Assembly: GCA_049997855.1 (NCBI GenBank)
Contig: JBEKSG010000005.1
Coordinates: 1,111 to 65,110, forward strand
Reading direction: 5' to 3'
Origin: Minisyncoccia bacterium
GTDB taxonomy: Bacteria > Patescibacteriota > Minisyncoccia > Phycocordibacterales > SBAW01
Length of the DNA stretch: 64,000 nucleotides
The notes beneath the pieces were generated by a model that made no database searches, was not told the origin of the DNA, and saw nothing but the letters and a program-made list of their open reading frames with translations. This document shows, piece after piece, positions 8,723-18,612 of this stretch. Every line of letters starts with the position of its first letter. Within the stretch, counting starts at the first letter, position 1. Both the position numbers and the translations under genes were made by a program.

Positions 8723-9988
8723 ATGAACACATCGCGCATGAAGGTTGCCGGGCTTTTGTTGGTGGTCGTGTTGGCGTTTGGAGTGGGAGTATTTGCGGGC
8801 GTTGGCGAACGTGTCGGAAACATCGTATTTGCACAGCAAACGGCGTCGAGTACGGCACCATCGCTCAGCATCTCTGTTTTTAATACAGCATCGCAACCCA
8901 AAGACGTGGACATGTCGCAATTTTGGCAGGCTTACAATCTGCTCCAGCAAAACTTTGTCGAGACGCATGCTTCGGGGACGATACCAACCACGCAAGATAA
9001 AATATACGGCGCCATCTCGGGCCTGGCTGCAAGCTACGGAGACCCGTATACGGTGTTCTTCCCGCCCCAAGAGGCTTCTATTTTTGAGTCGCAGGTCAGC
9101 GGCTCCTTTGCCGGTGTTGGCATGGAGATGGCGCAAGATGACAGCGGTAACCTTATCGTGACCGCTCCGCTTAAAGGTTCTCCAGCCGAAAAAGCGGGTG
9201 TTATGAGTGGCGACATCATCACGAGCATCGACGCCACTTCGACGGCAGACATGAGCATCGACGAGGCTGTGGCGCTCATCCGCGGGCCGGTTGGCACTAC
9301 CGTTACGCTCACTATCGAGCGTCAAGGGGCAAATGCGCCGATTGTGATACCTATCGTGCGCGACACCATTAATATCCCAGAAATCAACTCCTACCAGCGC
9401 CCCGACGGTATTTTTGTCATTCAGCTGTACACTTTTACCGCAAACTCCGCCGATCTTTTCCGCGATGCGCTCCGCCAATATATGCAAATAGGCGACACAA
9501 GGCTCATCTTTGACTTGCGCGGCAATCCCGGCGGTTACCTTGAGGCGGCTGTGGAAATGGCAAGCTATTTCCTCCCAGCAGGCGACGTGGTCGTAACCGA
9601 AGATTTTGAAGGCACACAGCCCAATGTCATAGACCGCTCGCTCGGCTACAACGTGTTTGCCGGCAAAAAGCTCTCGATGGCAATTTTGGTTGACCAAAAC
9701 TCGGCCTCCGCTTCCGAAATCTTCTCCGGCGCGCTGCAGCAGCACGGTGTGGCAAAACTCGTGGGCACGCGTACCTTTGGTAAGGGCTCGGTGCAACAAT
9801 TGATGGACCTCGGCAATGGTGCGGAGCTTAAAGTCACCATCGCACGCTGGCTCACGCCAAACGGTACCTCAATTAGCGACGGCGGTTTGCAGCCCGACAT
9901 TGCAGCATCATCCACCACTCCCGCCGATGTGAAAGCAGGCAAAGACCCAACCATGGATGCCGCAGCAAGCTGGCTCATGACGCAGTAG
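8723..9988 (+). CDS. ctpA: Carboxyl-terminal processing protease (S41, PDZ domain), secreted or membrane-anchored.
   Basis: N-terminal TM/signal, PDZ region (GVGMEMAQ...GDIITSID), S41 catalytic region (DLRGNPGGYL...SASASEIFSGAL...TFGKGSVQ). Start moved to ATG 8723 because CorA occupies the upstream part of ORF 8555..9988. Confidence 0.85.
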   Translation: MNTSRMKVAGLLLVVVLAFGVGVFAGVGERVGNIVFAQQTASSTAPSLSISVFNTASQPKDVDMSQFWQAYNLLQQNFVETHASGTIPTTQDKIYGAISGLAASYGDPYTVFFPPQEASIFESQVSGSFAGVGMEMAQDDSGNLIVTAPLKGSPAEKAGVMSGDIITSIDATSTADMSIDEAVALIRGPVGTTVTLTIERQGANAPIVIPIVRDTINIPEINSYQRPDGIFVIQLYTFTANSADLFRDALRQYMQIGDTRLIFDLRGNPGGYLEAAVEMASYFLPAGDVVVTEDFEGTQPNVIDRSLGYNVFAGKKLSMAILVDQNSASASEIFSGALQQHGVAKLVGTRTFGKGSVQQLMDLGNGAELKVTIARWLTPNGTSISDGGLQPDIAASSTTPADVKAGKDPTMDAAASWLMTQ

Positions 9989-10013
9989 CACAAGTTTGGT
10001 ATGCTAGGGGTCT

Positions 10014-10460
10014 ATGAAAGTTATATTCCTCAAAGACGTACGCAGGGTGGGGCAGCATGGCGAGATTAAAAATGTGGCCGACGGCTACGCAGCCAACTTT
10101 CTCTTCCCGCAAAAGCTCGCCGAGCCGGCAACCGAGGCAAAAATAGCTCAGTTTGAAAAGCAAAAGCAGGAGCATGCAGCCCTGCTTGCCAAACAAGAGG
10201 AGCAGCAAGACAAAAAAGTGGCGAGCCTCCGCGGCAAAAAAGTTACCATAAGCGCGCGTGCCACCGAGAAAGGCGGCCTCTTTAAAGCAATCACAGCCAA
10301 AGATGTTGCAAAAGCAATTTTGGGCGAGCACTCGCTCGAAATAGGGGAGGACATGTTGCATATTCCCGAACCCATAAAAACAATAGGTGAGCACAAAGTG
10401 TCCCTCGTATCCAAAAACCAAAAAGCCGAGCTCGCAGTAATCATTACAGCTGGTCTTTAA
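10014..10460 (+). CDS. rplI: 50S ribosomal protein L9.
   Basis: [36 protein letters not shown] is the L9 N-domain. Confidence 0.9.
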   Translation: MKVIFLKDVRRVGQHGEIKNVADGYAANFLFPQKLAEPATEAKIAQFEKQKQEHAALLAKQEEQQDKKVASLRGKKVTISARATEKGGLFKAITAKDVAKAILGEHSLEIGEDMLHIPEPIKTIGEHKVSLVSKNQKAELAVIITAGL

Positions 10461-10485
10461 TACATAAGTTCGGTCTATGTATAGC

Positions 10486-10550
10486 TTGCCACTTGGCCGG
10501 ATTTTAGGTATATTATAGACAACGGAGCGGGTTCGCCCGCCTTTTTCGTT
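10486..10550 (+). promoter_or_regulatory. Candidate sigma-70-type promoter (TTGCCA-17-TATATT) followed by a GC hairpin plus T-tract, immediately upstream of typA. Possible rplI terminator and/or typA leader attenuator.
   Basis: -35 TTGCCA at 10486-10491, -10 TATATT at 10509-10514, hairpin GCGGG-TTCG-CCCGC at 10527-10540, then CTTTTTCG. Confidence 0.35.
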
Positions 10551-10560
10551 AAGTTTAAAG

Positions 10561-12369
10561 ATGGAGATACGCAACATTGCTATTATCGCGCACGTGGACC
10601 ATGGGAAGACGACCCTCACGGATGCTTTGATGCGCCAAACCGGCGTTGCCGAGGAGGGCGTCTCGATGGACTCCAACGCGCTTGAACTGGAGCGCGGCAT
10701 CACCATTTACTCCAAGAACGCCGCCATTTTTTATCCGCCCGCCAACTCCGGCCGCGAGGTTACCAAAATAAACATCGTCGACACGCCCGGCCACGCCGAC
10801 TTTGGCTCCGAGGTTGAGCGCGTGTTGCGCTCTATCGACTCGGTGCTTTTGGTCGTTGATGCGCAAGAGGGTCCGATGCCGCAAACGCGCTTTGTGCTCA
10901 AGAAGTCGCTTGAGCTCGGCCTCAAGCCCATGGTCGCGATCAACAAAATCGACAAACCTGCCGCCGACCCGGCGCGCGCCGAGGAGCAAGTGCTTGAGCT
11001 TTTTTTGGAACTCGGCGCTTCCGAAGAGCAAGCCAACTTCCCGGTGGTGTACGCCATTGGCCGCCGAGGTATCGCTAAAAAAAATTTGTCTGACGACTCC
11101 AAAGACCTCACGCCTTTGCTTGAGATGATCTTGGAGCATGTGCTGCCGGCAGGAAAGGGTAAGGAAGATTTGCCGCTGCGTGCGCAGCCGTTTAACTTGG
11201 GCTACGACAACTTTCTTGGTCGTCTTGCCATCGTGCGTGTATACGAAGGCGCGTTAAACACCGGCCAAACCGTGTTTGTTAAAAAACCCACCGGCGAAAC
11301 GCGCCAAGAGCGGGTAGTAAAACTATTTACTTTTAGGGGGCTTAAAAAAGAGGAGGTTGAGAGTGTCGGTGCGGGCGATATTGCGCTCGTGGCGGGCCTT
11401 CCCGATATTTTTATCGGCGAAACGATTGCAGACTCCACCGATGCGGCACCGCTCCCGGCTATTGCAATCGACGAGCCCACCATTACGCTCAATTTTTTGA
11501 TCAACAACTCGCCGTTTGCCGGCCACGAGGGCAAATATGTTACCTCGCGCCAACTTCGCGAGCGGCTCGAAAAGGAACTTGAGATAAACGTGGGGCTGCG
11601 CATCGATTTTAGCGATGATGCCGCTTACAAAGTTTCCGGTCGCGGCGAGCTCCACATTGCCATATTGCTCGAAAACATGCGCCGCGAAGGCTATGAGATG
11701 CAAGTGTCGCAACCGCACGTTATTTTCCAGGAAATTAATAACGTAACATGCGAGCCGTTTGAGGAGGTTATCATCGATACGCCGAGCGAGTTTCAAGGCG
11801 CTATCATCGAGCGCCTCGGACAGCGTCGCTTTGTCATGAAGGATATGCAAGTTCACGCAGGCACGGTGCGCCTTATTTTTGAAGGTCCGACGCGCGGGCT
11901 CTTGGGCTATCGCAATCAGTTTGTGCTCGATACCAAAGGGTTGGGCATCCTCTCTTCGCGTTTTATCGAGTTTCGCCCGTATGCCGGCGAGATAGTAAAA
12001 CGCGCCGCGGGCTCGATGGTGTCGATGATTGCCGGCAAGACGCTCGGCTTTTCGCTTGCCAACCTCCAGGAGCGCGGCGTGCTGTACGTCAAACCTGCCG
12101 AGGAGGTGTATGAGGGGCAGGTGATAGGCAACACCTCCAAGGGCGACGAGATGACCGTCAATCCGACCAAGGGCAAACAGCTTACCAACATGCGCGCATC
12201 GGGCACCGACGAGGCGCTCAACCTCGTGCCGCCGTTTACGCTCACCATTGAGCGCGGGCTCGAAATCATGGCTGACGATGAATATTTGGAGATAACACCC
12301 AAGAGTGTGCGCCTGCGCAAGCAATTTTTAACCGAATCAGCTCGGGTTAAGTCAAAAAACAAACAGTAA
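10561..12369 (+). CDS. typA: Translational GTPase TypA/BipA.
   Basis: [22 protein letters not shown] (G1), DTPGHADF (G3), NKID (G4); EF-G-like domains. Confidence 0.95.
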   Translation: MEIRNIAIIAHVDHGKTTLTDALMRQTGVAEEGVSMDSNALELERGITIYSKNAAIFYPPANSGREVTKINIVDTPGHADFGSEVERVLRSIDSVLLVVDAQEGPMPQTRFVLKKSLELGLKPMVAINKIDKPAADPARAEEQVLELFLELGASEEQANFPVVYAIGRRGIAKKNLSDDSKDLTPLLEMILEHVLPAGKGKEDLPLRAQPFNLGYDNFLGRLAIVRVYEGALNTGQTVFVKKPTGETRQERVVKLFTFRGLKKEEVESVGAGDIALVAGLPDIFIGETIADSTDAAPLPAIAIDEPTITLNFLINNSPFAGHEGKYVTSRQLRERLEKELEINVGLRIDFSDDAAYKVSGRGELHIAILLENMRREGYEMQVSQPHVIFQEINNVTCEPFEEVIIDTPSEFQGAIIERLGQRRFVMKDMQVHAGTVRLIFEGPTRGLLGYRNQFVLDTKGLGILSSRFIEFRPYAGEIVKRAAGSMVSMIAGKTLGFSLANLQERGVLYVKPAEEVYEGQVIGNTSKGDEMTVNPTKGKQLTNMRASGTDEALNLVPPFTLTIERGLEIMADDEYLEITPKSVRLRKQFLTESARVKSKNKQ

Positions 12370-12373
12370 AAAG

Positions 12374-12655
12374 TTAGCGAGCGGCGACGATGTCCACCGC
12401 AGAGCGCACTTTGGTTTTGCCGGTAAAGTTAGTTTTGCGTACATTACGAAAGGCGACAAAACCCGGCTTAAGCGCAAAAAGAGTATGATCTTTGCCCAGC
12501 CCCACGTTTTTGCCCGGGAGCATAACCGTGCCCCTCTGGCGCACGATAACGTCGCCCGTTTTTGCCGCTTCACCGGCAAAGAGCTTGACGCCAAGATATT
12601 TTGGCTGTGAGGTATTGAGGTTTTTGGTTGATCCGCCCGCTTTTTTATGCGCCAT
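12374..12655 (-). CDS. rpmA: 50S ribosomal protein L27.
   Basis: [12 protein letters not shown]...[20 protein letters not shown]. Confidence 0.95.
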   Translation of the reverse strand: MAHKKAGGSTKNLNTSQPKYLGVKLFAGEAAKTGDVIVRQRGTVMLPGKNVGLGKDHTLFALKPGFVAFRNVRKTNFTGKTKVRSAVDIVAAR

Positions 12656-12668
12656 ATAGGTTGTTCAC

Positions 12669-12697
12669 ATAGTACCAAATAAGAGCCTAGATGGCAA
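12669..12697 (-). promoter_or_regulatory. Candidate promoter for rpmA (TTGCCA-17-TACTAT).
   Basis: Read on the minus strand: TTGCCAtctaggctcttatttggTACTAT, about 13 nt upstream of the rpmA ATG. Confidence 0.4.
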
Positions 12698-12730
12698 GCT
12701 TGTCGCGTCAGCGGTATACTAACGGCATCT

Positions 12731-13324
12731 ATGCTTGTGGTTGATTGCGAAATGAGCGGCCTGGACCCGCAAAAAAACTCCATTGTCAGCATTGGGGCTA
12801 TCGACTTTAGCAACCCAACCCGGCAGTTGTACGAGGAGTGCCGCGTGTGGGATGGCGCCCATATCGAGGACGAGGCCCTGACGGTCAATGGCTTTACCCG
12901 CGAGGAGATTTTGGACCCCGCCAAGCAGAGTGAAGGTGATGCGGTGCATGCTTTTATTACCTTTGCCGATGGAATGGCAGACACTACTGTTGCTGGCCAA
13001 AATGTCTTTACCGACCTCTATTTTTTGCGTGCCGCGGCCACAAGGGCGGGGCATACCGAGTGGCCCTTTGCGCACCGCATCATCGATATCCATACCCTCT
13101 GTTTTGAGCATATGATAAAGAGGAGAGTGACTCCCCCAATCGATCCCGTAAAGAGGCACTCGGCGCTCAATCTCGATGCGGTACTGCAGTATTGCGGCAT
13201 CCCTGAGGAGCCCAAGCCCCACAACGCGCTTACGGGTGCTAAGTGCAACGCCGAGGTTATCTCGCGCCTCCTCTACGGCAAAAAACTCCTCCTTGAGTTT
13301 GAGCAGTTTTCCATACCTTGGTAG
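12731..13324 (+). CDS. DnaQ-like 3'-5' exonuclease (DEDDh family; DNA polymerase III epsilon-like).
   Basis: Exo I motif VVDCEMSGLDP; Exo III region H...D near the C-terminus. Confidence 0.75.
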   Translation: MLVVDCEMSGLDPQKNSIVSIGAIDFSNPTRQLYEECRVWDGAHIEDEALTVNGFTREEILDPAKQSEGDAVHAFITFADGMADTTVAGQNVFTDLYFLRAAATRAGHTEWPFAHRIIDIHTLCFEHMIKRRVTPPIDPVKRHSALNLDAVLQYCGIPEEPKPHNALTGAKCNAEVISRLLYGKKLLLEFEQFSIPW

Positions 13325-13347
13325 CATAGGAAAGTCAGTTAAAAAAA

Positions 13348-13418
13348 CGGGCCGTAGTATACCGGCAGTACACATGCATGGGGTGCATGTAGACCGGGTC
13401 CAATTCCCGGCGGCCCGA
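13348..13418 (+). tRNA. tRNA-Pro (anticodon GGG), CCA not encoded; T-loop reads TCCAATT (C at position 55).
   Basis: Hand-folded cloverleaf: acceptor CGGGCCG/CGGCCCG (7 bp), U8, D-arm GTAT/accggca/GTAC, anticodon arm CATGC-ATGGGGT-GCATG (U33, G37), T-arm CCGGG-TCCAATT-CCCGG, discriminator A. Confidence 0.5.
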
Positions 13419-13552
13419 CAAGATAGACATCTATTATCTAAATACGTTGCAACATAAGCGTTTTATAGTCAAATCAGAACCCCCTCTTTTTTGTCAAGCT
13501 CCGCGCTTGACCTATTGACCAAAGTTCGATATCGTTATGTTGTCTTAGGTGT

Positions 13553-13575
13553 AGCCCCTCGGGGGCTTTTTTGTT
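13553..13575 (+). terminator. Rho-independent terminator (AGCCCC-tcg-GGGGCT + TTTTTTGTT).
   Basis: Read directly. It lies about 135 nt downstream of tRNA-Pro and about 55 nt upstream of CDS 13629. Confidence 0.6.
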
Positions 13576-13628
13576 GCCCAAGACTCATATACGGGCTTAC
13601 TCATAATCACTTGCAGCTTATTTAAATC

Positions 13629-14090
13629 ATGAATCTTACTGCCGGTCTCGTCATTGCGCTTAGCGCCGTGCTTGGAGGTACAACTCCAGCATCGGCCTCC
13701 GCTGTTGTACCGCCGGTTCCTCAACCACAAACGGTTGAGCAATATGTGCAAACCTATTTTGCCGACGAGCCTATCATGGTAGCGGTGGCCGAGTGCGAGT
13801 CGCACTTTCGTCAATATGATGTCGATGGGTCTGTCTATCGCGGCAAAGTCAACAACCTCGACGTGGGCGTGATGCAAATTAACGAGCACTATCACAGCGC
13901 CACGGCCGCAAAGCTCGGGCTCGACCTCTATACCATCCAGGGCAACACTGCCTACGCACAATATTTGTACCAAAAAGAGGGCATCACGCCGTGGAGCTCC
14001 TCGGAGGCGTGCTGGAGCAAAAGCACCGCCGCTAAAGAGCTCGATGCGCAGGCTATGGCTTCAAGCACGCTCGCGTTGGCTAATAAATAA
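13629..14090 (+). CDS. Secreted lysozyme-like / lytic transglycosylase-like small protein.
   Basis: Signal peptide MNLTAGLVIALSAVLGGTTPASASA. AECESHFRQ...DVGVMQIN resembles the SLT/lysozyme-like catalytic Glu-Ser and GxMQ motifs. Confidence 0.55.
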   Translation: MNLTAGLVIALSAVLGGTTPASASAVVPPVPQPQTVEQYVQTYFADEPIMVAVAECESHFRQYDVDGSVYRGKVNNLDVGVMQINEHYHSATAAKLGLDLYTIQGNTAYAQYLYQKEGITPWSSSEACWSKSTAAKELDAQAMASSTLALANK

Positions 14091-14100
14091 TTATCTTTTG

Positions 14101-14484
14101 TTAATGCCAGTCGGTGGCCCATGAGCCTGCGCCGTAGGCTGATATGTAGAGTAAGCCTCCGACAATAGCCATGTCTTGGAGAAAGAGCGCCTGGGATGAG
14201 TTGCTGGCGAGCCCAGTGTAAAAAAACGCCACCGCAATAACATACAAAGCGAGCACAAGCGCCGCTTGGCTGGTTTTAAAGCCCACCACAATGGCGATAC
14301 CGCACAACACCTCAATGAGTATGGCCACAATTGCCAGCGTGATTGGCACGAGCGCGCCTGTGTTGGCTATAGAGGTGGCAGTAGTGGGAAAGTTGATGGT
14401 AGCCTCAACGCCGCTCCAGACAAAAAATCCGCCCATGAGTATCCTCCCAATAAGGGGAGCAAAAATATCCGTATAACTGTGCAT
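14101..14484 (-). CDS. DoxX family membrane protein.
   Basis: RILMGGFFVWSG motif and four TM helices typical of DoxX. Confidence 0.8.
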   Translation of the reverse strand: MHSYTDIFAPLIGRILMGGFFVWSGVEATINFPTTATSIANTGALVPITLAIVAILIEVLCGIAIVVGFKTSQAALVLALYVIAVAFFYTGLASNSSQALFLQDMAIVGGLLYISAYGAGSWATDWH

Positions 14485-14542
14485 AAATTTATTATAACAG
14501 GGAAGTGAGTCCCCTAGCGAAAAGACATTCTTTAACTAACCT

Positions 14543-14704
14543 TCAATTTAGGAATCTAAAGTAGAAGGCAATAAACACCAGAACGATGCCGATGTTTACG
14601 ATGAGCCGTTCCCAGAATTGATCCCTGAAGAACAGCAGATCGACGCCGACGACAATGGCTACCATGGCTACAACATACACCGTGAGCAGTACCGGTCTTA
14701 TCAT
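14543..14704 (-). CDS. Unlisted small membrane protein (53 aa; MIRPVLLTVYVVAMVAIVVGVDLLFFRDQFWERLIVNIGIVLVFIAFYFRFLN), possibly co-transcribed upstream of DoxX.
   Basis: Hand translation of the reverse complement. Two hydrophobic helices. Below the ORF-track length cutoff. Confidence 0.35.
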   Translation of the reverse strand: MIRPVLLTVYVVAMVAIVVGVDLLFFRDQFWERLIVNIGIVLVFIAFYFRFLN

Positions 14705-14824
14705 TGCTTATAAATAGTACCACATGTCTGTGTTGGAACCTTTATCTTATATATACGTCGCAAAAGATATATTGTGCGACCTTTATATTCTCACAACTCT
14801 GAGTACGCGTGCCATAATGATGGT

Positions 14825-15502
14825 ATGAAGTATCGTACGCAACTCGATCCCCTGCTCTCCTCCGAGGAGCGGCGGTTGCTTGTAAAACTTTCGACACCCA
14901 ACAAGATACAAGACTTTTTAGATTCCTTCCCCGTTAATTTTTCGCCGATAGGGGAGCCCGTGCAATCACCGCGGCACGTATTAAAAAATAAAAGGGCGCA
15001 TTGCATCGAGGCGGCTATTGTAGCGGCGGCTTCCCTCGCCTATCACGGCAGAGAGGCATTACTGTTAGATTTACAGGCAAGTAATGACGATGAGGATCAT
15101 GTCGTCGCACTTTTTAAAGAACATAGTTTGTGGGGCGCGATAAGCAAAACAAATCATCCGCAGCTGCGTTGGCGCGATCCCATATACCAAAGCGTACACG
15201 AGCTCGCAATGTCATACTTTCACGAATATTTTTTGTGGGACACAACGCACAACAACAAAAAGGTACCTGCTGCACGCCAGGGCAAAAAAACCTTGCGCGC
15301 ATACTCCAAGCCATTTAACTTGATGCGTTATAAACCTGCGCGTTGGTGGGCAGCAGATAATCTAGACTGGCTTGCCGAAGAGCTCGATAGTTCGCGCCAC
15401 TTCCCTCTTGTCTCAAAATCGACTATCAAAAAATTGCGCCCGGCCAACCAGGTAGAAATAAAAGCTGCGGTACTTACCGAATACAAAAACCCGCTCATGT
15501 AG
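14825..15502 (+). CDS. Transglutaminase-like (papain-fold) domain protein.
   Basis: Cys-His-Asp arrangement: RAHCIEAAIVAAASLAYHG ... DEDHVVALF ... W...D. Start taken at the first ATG (MKYRTQLD...); the ORF-track start is GTG at 14774. Confidence 0.55.
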   Translation: MKYRTQLDPLLSSEERRLLVKLSTPNKIQDFLDSFPVNFSPIGEPVQSPRHVLKNKRAHCIEAAIVAAASLAYHGREALLLDLQASNDDEDHVVALFKEHSLWGAISKTNHPQLRWRDPIYQSVHELAMSYFHEYFLWDTTHNNKKVPAARQGKKTLRAYSKPFNLMRYKPARWWAADNLDWLAEELDSSRHFPLVSKSTIKKLRPANQVEIKAAVLTEYKNPLM

Positions 15503-15514
15503 AGCGGGTTTTGC
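15483..15514. terminator. Bidirectional terminator between convergent genes (AAAACCCGCTC-atgta-GAGCGGGTTTT).
   Basis: 11-bp stem with A-tract and T-tract on either side; it overlaps the stop codon at 15500-15502. Confidence 0.6.
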
Positions 15515-15529
15515 TGCAAGCACAAAAGG

Positions 15530-15757
15530 TTACATTGATGCTGAGCATTCTTTGCATCCTTTTTTGTGGGTTACAAGAAGCCAAACCGCCGAGATGCCTA
15601 CAAGGACATCCACAGTCCACAAGACTTGCGGCCAGGATCCAAGCAACATACCAAGCACGTCCCAATTACTACCGACAAAACCGCCAATGCCGATGAGACC
15701 CCAGTCAAGACCGCCGATAGCAAGCAGGATAAACGCTATTATGTGGAGTACTTTCAT
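15530..15757 (-). CDS. DUF378-family small membrane protein.
   Basis: MKVLHIIAFILLAIGGLDWGLIGIGGF matches the DUF378 GGLNWGL signature. Start taken at the internal Met. Confidence 0.7.
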   Translation of the reverse strand: MKVLHIIAFILLAIGGLDWGLIGIGGFVGSNWDVLGMLLGSWPQVLWTVDVLVGISAVWLLVTHKKGCKECSASM

Positions 15758-15873
15758 ATTGTTTTCGTACAAGAAAAATGATGGTAGGCGGCTCGACCTA
15801 TCCGCGCTGCTATAAGTATGAGCTGTCTACTGTTTTTTTAACAGTCCTCTTGTGGGGATAGTTTTTATTGCGC

Positions 15874-17247
15874 TTAGACACCGGGCAAATATGATAGCGG
15901 GTTGAGGTAAGCAGAAAGGTCGGCTACCGGCATGGTGTAAGTTTTGCCCGGGCATCCGGAGCTTGCAAATGAAGCGATTTCCGAACCTGCCGAAGCATAT
16001 ACGCCAAAGTGTAGGTGCGGCCCGGTAGCGTAGCCGGTGGTGTCGGAGTAGCCTATTATCTCTCCGGTCGTGATCATGTCGCCTGTAGCTACGGTAAAGC
16101 TTGCAAGATGGCCATAGAGGGTTGAGAGGCCATTGTCATGCTTGATAAATATCCATTTGCCAAACGAGGCGCCCGGACACGTAAGGTCGGTATTGCCCGT
16201 GCCGAGCACCACTCCCTCACGCGCAGCCAATACCGGCGTGCCGGGGCTTGCGGCAAGGTCTACGCCGCTGTGGCCATGGCCACTATATATCTGCGGGTTT
16301 GCGGTAGCGAATGGCGTATTGCCAAAATATTGCGTAATGCACGATATCCACCCCTCCCCAGCGGGAGCAGGGCATGCTCCTCCATATACGTGCGCCAGCG
16401 GCCACTGCAAAGCCCCCTGCCCCGTTGCAGGTAAGCTCGATGCGCTGAAGGAGAGATTGAGTTTGCTTTGAAAGTTTAACAGATCGCTCTCAAATCCGGC
16501 CTCCTCTTTTTGCTTTTCGGTAATCTGCGCCTGATAGAGGCTCTCTTGATTTTTTGTTTGAGTAAGAAGTTTTGACTGGCTGTCTTTAGAGATAGCAAGG
16601 CCTTGCTGTTGCTCGGCAAGCGTTTGTTGATAGGCAGCTAACTGCGCTTTTTGCGCCTCTGCCATAGTCTCGTTGGTTTTAAGTGTATTTTTAAGCGAGT
16701 TCAAGTCATCTATTTTATTTTCGAGATCGGTGCGGACCGAAGCTAGTGTGGTCTCCTCATCAAAAAACGACGATATGGTACCGCCGCTGAGCAATACTGC
16801 AAGCAACGATTCGTTATCTAACATATCCAATTGACGGAGTGAGTCGGCTATTTCGGTCTGCATTTCGCTTATTTGCGAAGTGGTAGTCGATATGGTGGTA
16901 TTTATTTGACTTATTTGCGAGTCTTTTTGTTTGATTTGTATTTGTGCTAAGGTAATGCTCTTTTGAAGTTTTTGAATATTAAGATTGAGCGCTGCTATCG
17001 CGTTTTGGAGCGTCAGTTTTTGGGCGCTGGTACTTGTCAGCTGGCTTTGGAGCTTTGTAATATCGTTTTGGAGCTGTTTAATCTGCGCGTTGGTTTGGTC
17101 AATTTGCGCTTGGAGCGTCGAGGTCGAGGTCGAGGTTATTGTTTGGGCTTCTGAGTGCGGTGCGTGCAAAAAAAAGAGTACAGCTGAGGCACCTACTATC
17201 ATAGACAGAAAAAAAACACCTGCACGCATCGCAAATAGGCGTCGCAT
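15874..17247 (-). CDS. M23-family peptidoglycan endopeptidase with N-terminal signal/TM and long coiled coil.
   Basis: Long coiled-coil N-region. C-terminal M23 LytM motifs HSGVDLAA...GxTG...GPHLHFGVY (HxxxD, HxH). Confidence 0.85.
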   Translation of the reverse strand: MRRLFAMRAGVFFLSMIVGASAVLFFLHAPHSEAQTITSTSTSTLQAQIDQTNAQIKQLQNDITKLQSQLTSTSAQKLTLQNAIAALNLNIQKLQKSITLAQIQIKQKDSQISQINTTISTTTSQISEMQTEIADSLRQLDMLDNESLLAVLLSGGTISSFFDEETTLASVRTDLENKIDDLNSLKNTLKTNETMAEAQKAQLAAYQQTLAEQQQGLAISKDSQSKLLTQTKNQESLYQAQITEKQKEEAGFESDLLNFQSKLNLSFSASSLPATGQGALQWPLAHVYGGACPAPAGEGWISCITQYFGNTPFATANPQIYSGHGHSGVDLAASPGTPVLAAREGVVLGTGNTDLTCPGASFGKWIFIKHDNGLSTLYGHLASFTVATGDMITTGEIIGYSDTTGYATGPHLHFGVYASAGSEIASFASSGCPGKTYTMPVADLSAYLNPLSYLPGV

Positions 17248-17256
17248 CTGCCTATT

Positions 17257-18612
17257 TTAAAGCATTTGGATTGCTTTCTCAATACGCAGAAGCGTTTTTT
17301 CTTTTCCTATAAGGCCGGCGAGTACAAAAGGGTCCGGAGATTTTTCTTTACCCGATAGTGCTACGCGCATGGGCCACAATACCCCCGCCCTGCCAGCTCC
17401 CGTGGCATAGGGAAATACGACTTCTTTTACCGCTTCTGCGGTAAAGTGCTCCTTCGGTATCTTGGCGAGCAAGCCTATAACCGTTTGCAGGTTACTTTTT
17501 ACCACTGAAGCTTCAGTTTTTGCACCTTGGAGGAGAAGCAACGGGTCTAATGTTATGTCCGGTTCCATAAAAGAAAACTCACCGGTGCGGATATACTCAG
17601 CAGCCTCGCCGAGCGTGTGTGCGCGCACTTGAAGCTCTGCTGCAATGTCCGCAAGATACTCAGGTGTCTGTTCATTATGTTCATGCATAAACTCTCGGAG
17701 GAGTACCTCGAACTCGAGCACAGAACGTTTTTTAAGATATTCATGATTAAACCACTTTAATTTTTCTATATTAAACACAGCGCCGCTTTTATGCACACGC
17801 TCGATGGTAAAGAGTGCCACCAGCTCGGCAAGCGTAAAAATTTCCTGCTCTTTGCCGCCTGCCTGCGCAGGCAGGCCTGGGTTCCATCCCAAGAGAGCTA
17901 AATAATTAACAAGCGCTTCTGGCACATATCCTAGAGAGCGATACTCGTTTGCTGATACAGCACCGTGACGTTTGGAAAGTTTAGTTTTGTCGGGCGCCAA
18001 GATAAGCGGGATGTGCGCATATACGGGACGAGTAAAACCGAGCGCCTCAAGCATTAAAATTTGTCGCGGCGTGTTGGAGAGATGCTCTTCTCCCCTAATG
18101 ACATGGGTGACACCCATTTCGTGGTCGTCGATAACGACTGCCAGGTGGTAGAGCGGTTCGTCCATGCCGCGCGCGATGACAAAATCGCCGAGCTCAGTGG
18201 TATCAAAGGCAACCTCGCCATGTACAAGATCCTGAAAGATGATTGTTTTGTTTGGATTTTTAAAACGAACGACTTTTTTGCCGGAGTTGTTGTTTGCTTC
18301 CTCTGCCTCGTAAGCAAAGCCTTGCTCTACAAGAGTTTTAAAATATTTTTTGTAGATTTCTATACGCTCCGATTGGCGCGCCACAGGCGGCATAACATAC
18401 GGAATACTAGCCCAGTTGATAGCGTTTACAATATCATCCTCGAACTCTTTTTTACTGCGCTCTTTGTCGGTATCTTCAAAACGCAGATACATGGTGCCGC
18501 CATAGTGTGCCGCAAAAAGATAGTTAAACAATGCAGTGCGCACGCCGCCGATGTGCAAAAGGCCGGTGGGGCTTGGAGGAAACCGGGTAATGACCGTGTT
18601 GCTATTGTTCAT
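17257..18612 (-). CDS. gltX: Glutamate--tRNA ligase.
   Basis: RFPPSPTGLLHIGGVRTALFNYLFA (HIGH) and KLSKRHG (KMSKS). Confidence 0.95.
   Translation of the reverse strand: MNNSNTVITRFPPSPTGLLHIGGVRTALFNYLFAAHYGGTMYLRFEDTDKERSKKEFEDDIVNAINWASIPYVMPPVARQSERIEIYKKYFKTLVEQGFAYEAEEANNNSGKKVVRFKNPNKTIIFQDLVHGEVAFDTTELGDFVIARGMDEPLYHLAVVIDDHEMGVTHVIRGEEHLSNTPRQILMLEALGFTRPVYAHIPLILAPDKTKLSKRHGAVSANEYRSLGYVPEALVNYLALLGWNPGLPAQAGGKEQEIFTLAELVALFTIERVHKSGAVFNIEKLKWFNHEYLKKRSVLEFEVLLREFMHEHNEQTPEYLADIAAELQVRAHTLGEAAEYIRTGEFSFMEPDITLDPLLLLQGAKTEASVVKSNLQTVIGLLAKIPKEHFTAEAVKEVVFPYATGAGRAGVLWPMRVALSGKEKSPDPFVLAGLIGKEKTLLRIEKAIQML

Noticed and set aside
8717-9799. 360-aa minus-strand ORF (also 11323..12324, 51489..52349, 36798..37451 and 37896..38444 on opposite strands of real genes).
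   Set aside because: Long antisense ORFs inside ctpA, typA, the sigma-region-4 gene and the GC-rich hypotheticals are typical GC-rich shadow frames. The coding strand carries the recognisable motifs in each case.
13420-13552. Possible second small RNA between tRNA-Pro(GGG) and the terminator at 13553 (weak TTGACC / TATCGT hexamers near 13506-13535).
   Set aside because: Hexamer matches are poor, the would-be transcript is only about 30 nt, and no fold is evident. More likely this is the tRNA's own downstream terminator.
13545-13973. 142-aa minus-strand ORF.
   Set aside because: Antisense to the signal-peptide-bearing transglycosylase-like gene 13629..14090, and it runs through the plus-strand terminator. 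No motif.
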